Origin: Neoechinorhynchus agilis
Taxonomy: Eukaryota; Animalia; Acanthocephala
Direction of reading: 5' to 3'
DNA length: 64,000 nt
Assembly (NCBI GenBank): GCA_051530055.1
Contig: CM121341.1
Location: 3,152,151 to 3,216,150 of the forward strand
A program made the translations under genes and the position numbers. This document shows positions 26,261 through 36,968 of this stretch, piece after piece. The notes under the pieces were generated by a model. The model worked only from the letters and a program-made list of their open reading frames with translations. It ran no database searches and was not told where the DNA came from. The stretch's first letter is position 1. Every line of letters begins with the position of its first letter.

Positions 26261-27459
26261 TCATATTCCTCTTTCAGTTAAGGTTTCCTGAATGCTATTA
26301 ACAATCTTAACATGTCTAGTTCCACTCGCATCGGGATTAGTGGCATCAGCCGTCGAAAGATACGTCACATTCTTTGATTGAGTCGACGAATCCTTTAATT
26401 TCAGATATTTTGAAATCATATTAAAAAGTTCAGCTCTAAACCGACCGCCACTGAGGTAATAGCACGGGAAATTTATGATATGATTCGTGTACATGAGTAT
26501 ATTGAGAAACTGCCAGAGCAAAGCTGTACAACAGGGCTCACAAATATCTACACTTCCTCGGACATGATGAACGATGAGGAAAATACCGACAGGCACCTCC
26601 AGTATAAAGAACATCAGGCATATTGTCAAAATTAGAAAACTTGTTCGATTTGCTTTTTTGACTCTTGATTTTGAACACGCCATTTGCTTGGATGTCAAGA
26701 TTTTTTTTATTGTAAACGAATTGGAAATCGCCATAACGACAAACGGAATTTCAGTTTGAGTGAATGAATCAATCCAAGGGTATATTCTAGAGAAAAACTC
26801 GAGGTACTTTTGATGTGATTTATACTTTATTGAGTGTCGATAATCGGTAACATATCGTCAACACTCAAATCTGCTTAAATTACACAAGCCGGATATGAAT
26901 ACGGATTCACAGGTACAATCTCGTCGAGATTTGCGGAATCCTCTTTAAATCCTGCTGTGAATATAAGTAGGTGCCCATCAATCAAAAATACAATTACTAA
27001 TATACAGATACTTAGAATAATCGCGTGTTTCGGTCGACACCATTGTTTTGAAATTCCAAATCTAGCAGCAACGAGTATAGCTCGATCGATACTAACCGCC
27101 GTGAGTAGCCAACTGGCAAGATGAACGTTTGCATAGAAGCTGAAGACAGATATTTTGCAAGGAAATGATCTGGATATTACAAGATCGAAATCATAAAGAA
27201 GATAGTCCCGAAGAAGACCAATGTTCAGCACGATGCAATCAACTATGGCTAGAAATGTTAGATACACATAAGTCGAGTTTCGGTACATTCGTTTCCTTGT
27301 AAGAACGCATACACATACCGAACTGCCGATTGTACCGAAGATTGTCCAGAGTATAGGAATTATCCGGTAAAAGATTTGAACGACGGTCTGCTGCGAACGA
27401 GATGGACATATCGCTTTTATGTAGCTTTTTAGTGATTTTGATTCGTTCATGGCATCCAA
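26261..27459 (-). CDS. Class A GPCR, FMRFamide/myosuppressin/GPR139-like peptide receptor group; probably one short intron (about 26825-26883); an upstream exon is possible
   Basis: TM1 FGTIGSSVC, TM2 STYVYLTFLAIVD, TM3 ASWLLTAVSIDRA, TM5 IYPWIDSFTQTEIPFVVM, TM6 FFILEVP, TM7 YTNHIINFPCYYLSGGRFRAEL. Confidence 0.88.
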
Positions 27460-28499
27460 ATGTGTACCTGTAAACAGGAATTACGGATTAAGCATCGTAT
27501 AAGAAGCGAGAAACATTACCGAACTTAAAGAAAAACCAAATACCATCCCTATTAACCGAAATCATTTTTACGCATTAAAACAAGCACACCCAAGTATGTG
27601 ATATGGTACAGTGCCTTAAGGACATTCTTAGATGCATAGTCTAATCTGATGGATTTTTGTAGAATACATTTTTACGCTCATAGTTCGCGTGAAAGCCGAT
27701 TTAATTAATTCGTATTCTCTTCTATGCTAATTCCACATTTAATTAAAGAACAAAACATTCATCTACAGTTTTTGCGTCGTTTCGAAAACAAAATGGATAT
27801 GCACGATGGAATTGCAAAAATGAGAGGATTACAATCAAGATGCAGACGGAATCTATGGAAAATTTCAGTTTATAAGATCGAAAAGTCTTGTCCGACATTA
27901 GAGAAAATGCCTTCGTGTACGCGTTTGTTCCCTTTCGCAGTCTTTATGGGAGTCACTATACACTAAGAAAAATTAATCGATGGGGCCGTTGGGACATTTT
28001 GTTGAATAGAATTGTCATATATATTCAAACGGATACAAGATTGTCGGATATGCACTTATACGTCCTCATGTCGGCTATGACATATGATTTATTTTCTTAA
28101 AAATGATTATGCTCAAAGAAAATGTATACCTCTGAACTTCTGTTTTAAATTCAGATAAATATTCAGGCCGAATCTCCTTACCCTCGTTCTGTGAATAATT
28201 TAATCAATCTCCTTTGTCCCGGAAGCAGCCAAAACAATACTGGCATCCTATTTTTAGAGAAGTAATTTGAACTCAAAAGAAGATTGCAGTTCTTATTTGG
28301 CTTCATTTATCCGTCATTAGCCGATCATTAGCGTGTATAACATCATAAATGAAATATTTGGCTTTACGGAAAAAAATACACAATTATATGGCGTTGAAGC
28401 CACAGGCTACATCAAAGCCAAATACTTAAAATATTTAAAAAATTCAGTAAGTGTAATGAGAAGGGACAATATCTTTATACAAAATTGCAATTATCGCTA

Positions 28500-29700
28500 A
28501 AATAAGGACCATCGAAAAAGATAACATGTGAGGAACTTAGCGAATGTCTGGATGAAAAGGAACGAACTTCTTTGCCATTGCAGGAGTAGCAGGTGCTCGA
28601 GTAAAAGGAAAGAAGAACCAATTGATCACCAAATTTCCAAAGCTTATGGGGGTTCGAAGCCTAAGCTTGTTGGTTCGGCTGTTGTCGAGCCTCAAGCCTG
28701 GATAGAGTAAACCGCATACCAGAAGATTCTGTAAACGCAGAGGAATATGGATTGCTATCCAGTGGACCATTGTTCGCACCGGCAAAAAGCCAAATCAATG
28801 ATTACGGGCTCAAGCTCCAAGTAGATGTGGCACGACTGACTGACGGATTTGTGGAGACAAAGATGTCGTTTGACTTTTGAGACAGTTGCGGTGGCTCTAC
28901 CACGACGATAGTCTTGAAAGACGATTATTGGTGCTCCTGTAAGGTATCAGATGGATGAGTTTTACCCGAATCTCTCGCATGATGAACATGCGACCTTGAA
29001 ATTGATCAAAGAAGCGATCCAAAATAGGTCGCAATGTTTTGATGATTAGTGATAAAATGGCGAAATGGTTGCAATCGGGCCAAATCTGAAGGATGGGATC
29101 ACGTCCACATAAATAGGAGATAGGATTATTTATGAGTCGGAAGAGAAGGAAGCCGTAAGGAAATGAATTCCGCCCCTTCGCAAAGTGCGCCAATTCAACG
29201 GATTTAACGCGCCGACTCCAGTAATGCACTAAATAATCAAAACGCATAAAATGCGAGAGGTTCCCATCACGGAGACAACTGGATCATTGATGAAGTGCTG
29301 GCCGATCATTTCTACAGTGAAGGGCCCTGTGTATCGGGTTTCAAAACTGTTAGCTGTAACCTCAGTCCTCTCCATCAAGTGGCATACAAAATTTAGAGAG
29401 ACTGATTGAGTCCTTGCATTCCCGGCAAGAGGATGTAAATAAATGTCGATTAATGTCTTTTAGTTTTGAATCCGTGAACACAAACGTTGACAATGATGCG
29501 AACCTAAGAGTTATGGAGAAAAGATTGCTGGAGAGTAAATTAGAGTTCAACCTTCATGGTTTTGAGATAGCGGATGTCTTTCAAGCCCTTTTCGATTATC
29601 ATTGGATATTCCTTCAATACATTCAACAAGTTTGTTAATGTAATCCGTACTCGTTTGAGACTACATTTTTCGTTCTTGTTTCGATTGACTGAGGTTGACT
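28500..29700 (+). mobile_element. Penelope-like element remnant (N-terminal region and start of RT)
   Basis: LMSFSFESVNTNV resembles RT motif LVSFDVxSLFTNV; 29140-29480 is an inverted, diverged copy of about 57900-58150, which leads into PLE RT. Confidence 0.6.
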
Positions 29701-30714
29701 GAAAGTACTTTCAGAAACTAAGTTGCGTTGGAAGCTCTCTGATGGTGGCAGGAGTAAAACTCCGAAATATTGGTCCGAAATAAATTTGCTTCAACTGTGT
29801 AAATTGTTCAAGTAACAACAATAGAAAAGAAAACATGCAATTGAGAAATAAAAAAAGGATTTTTTTGTGATTCTTTTTAGAGATATCTTTATCTTCTTTT
29901 TTTTAACAAGCATTAGTCGACAATCCATAAACTTACTATTAAAGTACGGCTTTTGTAATCCAATATCATATTCTGGCACAGTCTTTTTAGGGAACACTGA
30001 CCATTAAAAAGGTATCTTTTTTGAGATTTACATTGTTCTTTATTGCTGAAACTTGAATATTCCCATGCATTTACATTTTTGACGGAACTTGAAAAAATTT
30101 AAAATAAAATGTGCTGGAGAGTCAAGATTTCATCTCAAAAACCTCGAACTAATTACCATCATTTATAGACGTGATAACGAATTCGTCAATGGCTTAAACG
30201 GATTGATGTTTTCATCTTTGTACGAAGCAACCTGAGGGTCATTATAAATATTTTAAAAATCAAAAATTTACCATCTATGCAGACGATACGATTAGACAGT
30301 TTGTGTGTTTCTACTAAATGCCTTTTTCGTAATTTTTACAGAGGTTAAACCGCTTAAGAACTCAAGCTTTTCTTGGTAGCGTAAATATTTTTGAAGTGAT
30401 TCCTTCTGCCGTGAACATCCACGACTGATATTTTTCTTACGGAAAGTCGAGTGAGATATTAATTGCAATTTAATCCAACCTGCTTCTTGCTTTTACTGCT
30501 TTTGGATCTATTAATTATATCCTCAAATAATTAAAGTACGCGTTTCTAATTAGAAATTTTATAATCACCACATCTTCAACTGTCTTTCCGAAGGATTTTA
30601 GGCGTCTAACGCATTTTGAAGAGGAAGTTTCACTTAATCTTAGAGCAGAAATCATTCACATCACTGCTCTGGATCACTCAGCTGCCGTCTTTTTGTAAAC
30701 GTTCCCTCGTTGCA

Positions 30715-30960
30715 CAGTCAAAGTAATGTTTTGTAGGAGGAATGCTCATGATCTCAGATCGCCAGTGATTTGTCTCAATCTCTTGGACAATTGCTTACCT
30801 GAGTGTCTCGACGCCAAAGGGAACGAAATAATGATTTCGACCCAAGTCGAAGTACTCCCCCTCCGGTTTAATGGTGGCGAATTTTATGTTGCTGCCTCCG
30901 GGCGTGTCCACGCACTACATTTTTCCTGCAATTCGAATGTGGAAACCTGCCATTGTTTAG
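30715..30960 (-). mobile_element. 3' fragment of a CRE-like LINE (REL endonuclease C-terminus)
   Basis: Similar to 49190-49400; minus frame gives HYFVPFGVETL-type and GDLRS-type motifs. Confidence 0.6.
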
Positions 30961-31174
30961 AAAGCTAAAATTGCATGATTTCCACAATTCATCAGCGTTA
31001 TTACCCGATGGGTATAGGAAAGCAAACACTCCCAGAATCCCATAATGTTTATATTCGCCCTCGAAACTATCGACACTATAATCCACAAATTTATTGGAAC
31101 AAATTGCTGTAGCGAAAACATTGACCTCGTCCGTTTATTTGTAAATTTGTGGATAATTTCGGCGGCATTCGAGG

Positions 31175-32560
31175 TTATTGGGCAACTAATTTTACCTTTG
31201 TAGCTTCTTCGTCATCATTTGTTTGGTTGTTTTTTTTATTTTTGTTGTTTTGCATTAGAATCATTCCTGCGACTATAAACACACATATAAGATCGAGAAT
31301 ACAACAACCTGAGAATACTGCATATCTATAATTTCGTAGTGTGATGGAATGAATTTTGGTTATTGCTTGACTGAAGATCAATCCTATGCTTTGGAATGAG
31401 CAGAACAGCGCCAAAAGCCTTGCATTTTCTTCTTTTCCAACAAACTGTCCACAGTAAGATTTCAGGATACAAACTTCGAATCCGCAGAATAGATAAAATA
31501 CATTGATGCACATAATGGAGAGATAACTCTGGGTGAATATCAAAAGAAAATAGACGATTGCCCGAGCTAGTATTGTTATTATACACAGATTTAGATCGCT
31601 GGTGTACTTTTTAAATAAAGGTAGACCATATTTGAGACCAAGGAAAATGCAGAGTTGATTCGCGCAAAGAAACATTGCAATTTCAGTATCCGATAGTCCG
31701 ACTGGACTTTTTCTGAGATACGAGTAGGTCACGGTCGTTCCACCTACAATACTCAAGGTCAATATAAATATTATTGTAAATGCTAGCAGGAGACATAATC
31801 TTTGAAGTGGAGTTCGTTTCCGATATGCGACATCATAGTACGAAGCAATGTCTTTTACGATACCTTTAAGATTGAACTCAATTTCCGAATGTTCATTTCG
31901 TCGATTTCGGTCGACTGTTTTCCCATCACTTAGAAACTGTACACTGCATGCGATTGAAAGCACGAGTGGTACAAACGCAACTAGAATACAATGGAGATGG
32001 TTTTTGAAGAATCTGAGAGTCAGTCCACCAACCGCTTGAGCCGCTATCAGACCAGCGGTGTACCAAGCCTCAATGTATGAAAATTTTATTGTTTGTTCAT
32101 TGGGCGAGCATGTCTTGGATACATATGCAGAAAGCATAGTCATGAACCCAAGTGTACCGCCGGTTATTCCAGTGATTATATTAACGACGATCGTGAGTCG
32201 AAGAATTACTGTTGGATTCTCCATTGAGTTGAGAAATATGAGTACAAGAAAAGGGAAACAGTTCCCGATTTGTTGAAGCACAATTATTTTCTTTGTGCAG
32301 TTGTAGATGTCCGAAACAAGTCCCATAATATAAGAAACGAAAAATATAACTGATGCTTGTGATATATTCATAACCATTGCGTAGTAAAGGAGATTTTCAT
32401 GTGCAGCGTCTTCGTTTTCATTGCTCACGTTCAAAAGGCGATCACTTTGGTTTTTTGGAGAGAGTTTAAACGCAGCTTGGAGCATAATCGGCTGGATCAA
32501 GTAGAATTCGGTGTTGATGGCCAGCGACGTGAGTAGAGCGATTAATTCCATAATATTCAT
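31175..32560 (-). CDS. MFS transporter, SLC46 (PCFT/HCP1)-like, intronless
   Basis: About 12 TM segments; GLVSDIYNCTKKII, GITGGTLGFMTMLSAYVSKTCSPNEQTIKFSYIE, SYCGQFVGKEENARLLALF. Confidence 0.85.
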   Translation of the reverse strand: MNIMELIALLTSLAINTEFYLIQPIMLQAAFKLSPKNQSDRLLNVSNENEDAAHENLLYYAMVMNISQASVIFFVSYIMGLVSDIYNCTKKIIVLQQIGNCFPFLVLIFLNSMENPTVILRLTIVVNIITGITGGTLGFMTMLSAYVSKTCSPNEQTIKFSYIEAWYTAGLIAAQAVGGLTLRFFKNHLHCILVAFVPLVLSIACSVQFLSDGKTVDRNRRNEHSEIEFNLKGIVKDIASYYDVAYRKRTPLQRLCLLLAFTIIFILTLSIVGGTTVTYSYLRKSPVGLSDTEIAMFLCANQLCIFLGLKYGLPLFKKYTSDLNLCIITILARAIVYFLLIFTQSYLSIMCINVFYLFCGFEVCILKSYCGQFVGKEENARLLALFCSFQSIGLIFSQAITKIHSITLRNYRYAVFSGCCILDLICVFIVAGMILMQNNKNKKNNQTNDDEEATKVKLVAQ

Positions 32561-32820
32561 TTTCTAAAAACGAGTAACGTAAGTCTAAGGAATATCAAGT
32601 AGCGATATATCGGTGCTCTTGTTTCTTTGCTGAGTAATCTCCCTTGTCAAAATGCGCTGCGCATGGTTGTGAATGAGATCGGAGAAAAAGCTTCTTTTCG
32701 GACGACATGGGATAAAAGAGATATGAGTGCTCTTGGTGACAGATCAGCGACATTAAATACTTGGTGCTTTTAATGAATAGGAAAGTTCAAAATGAAAAAT
32801 TGAGCAGAATGCAATACTAT

Positions 32821-33037
32821 TATATTCAGTTTTCCCTTGACAAATAACGACGACCGATTTATTGTTTTTTTGTCCAAGCTTTCACCGTTTAACGGCTTCT
32901 TCAGGGGAATCTGTTTGCAAGTGTTTACGACGTTAGATCGTGTGCAAAGTCCCATGAAGAAGCCGTTAAACGGTGAAAGCTTGGGCAAAAAAACAATAAA
33001 TCGGTCGTCGTTGTTTGTCAAGGGAAAACTGAATATA
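32821..33037. repeat. Palindromic element (83-bp arms, about 50-bp spacer) with a minimal hammerhead in each arm
   Basis: 32821-32903 is the near-perfect reverse complement of 32955-33037; minus arm reads CCC CTGAAGA A GCCGT TAA ACGGT GAAA GC T T GGA. Confidence 0.85.
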
Positions 33038-35054
33038 GAACAAAACAGACGGCAGTACATGATATTAGGAATGATGGCGACGGTCGAGGAAGGACAAAAG
33101 CTGGAATTCGGCGGGAGAACGGCAAATTGCTTTAGACCTTTAAGAACACGAAAATTTCGGTAAGAAGATGTGTATCCAAAATGTAAAGGGCTAACTTAAT
33201 ACACATAAATACAATATTTTCGAAAAGCGGATGCATAACACGAATATATCTTTCAAAACATTCGTAAAAGAATGTATTTATTTTGAAGATTATCCATAGG
33301 AAAAAATACAAACTTCTAAAATGACGATTTCGTGAAAATGTCTTAAAATAGGACTGGAAATGCATTTTTATTCTTTCCATTTTTATAAGATCATTATCTT
33401 TGTTTGAATAAGTTCTTGAAAAAAATTCTGTGGCTACATCAACGTTGCCTTTCTGGTACGATAACCAAGTGCGTGAGTCCCAGAGTGGAAATCGGATACG
33501 GGGTAATAAATTGTAAAGATCACGGAATATGAAAATAATGGAATCATCCAGATAAATGAATTTTACACTCAATCCATTATATTTTGCATTGTTTAAGATT
33601 AACTAAAAAATTAATTATCGACCCTAAATAGTTTCGCACATAGTAAAAATTATTAATCGGTAAAGTTTATGAATTTTTCGGGGAATAGTTATGAAAATAT
33701 TTTAATTTCTTATATTTAATTTTTCCAATTCTAGTACAAAATGGTTCAAATGTTGTAGGACTCAAGAAATACATTGAAGATAACAAAAGCACATCGATAA
33801 AGATAGTGTGGCAATATAGAAATCACTGAAGAGAAATTATATTCATGATTTTGAGACGAAGTGTTAATTTTTTGAGAATGTGAGACAACACTGGGATTTT
33901 TATATCTTAAGGCGTAATGTCTAAGACATCTTGTCGTATACAATGTTGAATATTTAAGACCAAAAATTCAGGACCTTTTAGGAATTCATCAGCTATTCTT
34001 CAACGATTAATCGGCATGAAATGCTTTCAATGGTGGTGTTTTGTGTACCTCGAATTTAGGCTGTTTCACATCATCTTTTGTTCTACGAAAATAATAGAGA
34101 ATGTAGGTGTTGAATGAAAAGACGCCAGTAGATTTAAATATTTAAATTTATTCTTGAAAATATGGAAAGGAATTTGAGATGCGGATTTGCTAATCTATCC
34201 ATCAAGATTAAAACGAAGTTCTAAAAATACGTTCGTTTACTAATAAATACATTGAGTTGTATCGATTAGAATTTAGGATTAAGACTAAACTTCTAGAGGG
34301 AAAAAAGAGCTGATAATCTCAGTCGAAACTTTAGATTGAACCGAAAGGGCAAATGCTGAACAATACACAAATACGACGATGCAATAGACTTAAAGGTATT
34401 TTATTTAATTTTAAACGCGAAAGATGACATCATAATTTAATATTCTGCTAATAGATTAAAAAAATAAACATGAGATTGCAAATGCATTTTAACCTAGCTA
34501 TAAATAATTATGAATATTGGAATAGACCATCACAATTTTGTAATATTTTCGATTTGGTTAAAATAAAAAAACGCGTTTTTTCCATTTGAAATAACTCAGG
34601 AAAAACACGACGGTGAGAGATTTCTTCGATTATTCAAAGCGTGATGCGTTGATTTTCCACAAGATTAATAAACTCTAAGTTTCTGGATTTTTTTAAATCA
34701 ATAAATTGACTAATGGATTTTTTAAGGCCATTGTCATCAATTCGTTGATTCATCTTTTGGCTATGATTTCGGATTTTTTTGTGTTAAGATTTCGAAAATG
34801 GAACGTCTTGGTGAAGGTGTACCGATGATTCACTGAGCTCCAAAAATCTTTGTGTTAGAGTATTCAGTCAAAATCTCTATGGTGTTACAAATATCTTTAT
34901 GAGAGATAATGCAGAATAAATTTCTAAAGATTTTCTAATCTGCATGCATGTATTAGCCCAATTGAATTTTGGGCGTTATTATCATTCGCTCTACATGAAA
35001 TTTCGCATAATTGAGGCCTATCAAATAATCATATAAAAAATTAATATGATTTTT

Positions 35055-35760
35055 TTTAACAAGAGCATACATAATTTATAGTTTCTTCGACGCCCCTATT
35101 CATCGGCGCTGGCCAAAATGCTAGCCGCATTGCCCCGCTGCACTGCAATGCTTATTTTTTGGGCTAGGAACGAAGTCGATTTTGGCTCTCCAGTCGCCGC
35201 GTTGTTTCGTTTCCCCAAGTCCTTCACGATTAGTGCCGACCCTCCCAAGGTACGTTTCCACACCGAAACGGACAAAATGGTAATTTCTTGTTAGCTCCCT
35301 GTATTTTGAGCATTTCCGATCCTCTGCAGCCGTCGCCGCTCCTCCTGGACCTTTTTTCGAGTGGCCGATGTTGGAGTTTGCCAACGTGTCCACACACGTT
35401 GCATCCCACAACAAACATTTTCCCTCCCGCCAATGAGATACGGTCACGCCATCAGGGCGTCTTCCATCTAATCTACAAAGATTAGTGGGTTCTAGAATGT
35501 TTGGGAGGGAAAGCGTTTTTAGAGTCCTACTCAGAATGACATTGATTTCAGCATGCCTTGGAAATCGCTGACGTCTTGCATATGGGACCGTGTCGCCCTG
35601 AAGAGTCCACTATAGTGCCGCAGCGGCAGCGATGCGGGATGCAAATCGGTAGACTTAATCCCAAGGATACTGCGATCCAGACGACTGTATTTAGTAATTT
35701 GAGAGATCACGTTATTGGCCATTAATCAGATTTAAAGATCCGTTTGAGAGCGAACTGAAA
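35055..35760 (-). mobile_element. 3' fragment of a CRE-like non-LTR retrotransposon (CCHC knuckle and REL endonuclease)
   Basis: RIAVSLGLSLPICIPHRCRCGTIVDSSGRHGPICK; GRRPDGVTVSHWREGKCLLWDATCVDTLA...AAEDRKCSKY...FVRFGVET; short A-run at the 3' end. Confidence 0.85.
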
Positions 35761-36968
35761 TGTTTTGGAACCCGCGCCCAAGTATCATAATTCATTTAGT
35801 TTTCCTTTCATAACAGAAGGCTCTTTTATTAAATTTGACTTAATAAGTTTTGTGAACGAAAAGCAAAATGTAATGATTGTTCGTCTTATTCATAAAATTT
35901 AAGAAGTTATATAAATTGTCATCGAAAATAGAAGTTCTAGAATTGCATTTTTTAAGTAATGAGCTGCATTTAGTCTAAAGCAGTCTCCAGGCTAACAGCT
36001 GATACACATTAGAAAGTTAAGGAAGTTCTTCGTTCAAACGGCCGACTATATGGATAATTCCAAGAAGTGAAAAAAATACAATTGAATATTTTTAGTTTAC
36101 TGGTAAGCGTCGTGTCATTATAATTTCTTTTGAAAACAATTTGACCATTCGTAAATATGGTAAATTTGTAAATAACCAATGATTTAAGATGTCTAAAATT
36201 AATTATTGGTTTTTAGATTGTTAGGATTCCTGAAGTCAGATCCAAACTATTTAATTCACACCAATGATTGTCGATTGAATCACGTGAATTTTTCCCACTG
36301 AAATCATTTGCTTTTAACCCGATCCGAATTATTTTCAAAATTTCCATCATTTTGGTAACAACGAATCTCCGAATTATCATTTTATTTTATCTTTGCTTTT
36401 ACAACCTTTAAGATATAGATCATTAGAGAATTTATTTGAACTCAATTAAATGATCAAAAACACCGATTACACATTATTCAAGAATCGGCTTAAGTTCATT
36501 CCTCACTAAATAAATTTAGCTGACCAAAACTTGCAAATATATGTTGCCATTTATTTGTCCTTAAAAATAGCATCGGACAAATAGATAATTAATCTCATGT
36601 TGACATTTCTCAAGATAGTCTATTTGTCTAAATAAACTGTCTTATCTAATTTAATGAAAAGTAAATTTCAGCCTACATACAAAGGATTGTTATTTGTTTA
36701 CTAAAGTTCAATTACAGAACTTATTCGAACACAATTTTTTATAAGATTTTTGCAAAAATAAAAGCACTTTCACTCCAGAGATTTATTCTAAAAACGATAA
36801 AAATGAATAAAATCGAGAGCATTTGTAAAATCGTTGAATGCTCAAATCAGCTGTTAATCAATGATTTTCAACTTGCACAAAGCAATTTGTTCTTAGTCAG
36901 ATCCAAGAGTGAGCAAATTTATTACAAAGGATCGTGTACATGCGCGATGGGGAAATTCCGGATGGGTC

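Noticed and set aside
32770-33163. Similar ORFs on both strands (NNDDRFIVFL...)
   Set aside because: They arise from the palindrome and are not a protein family
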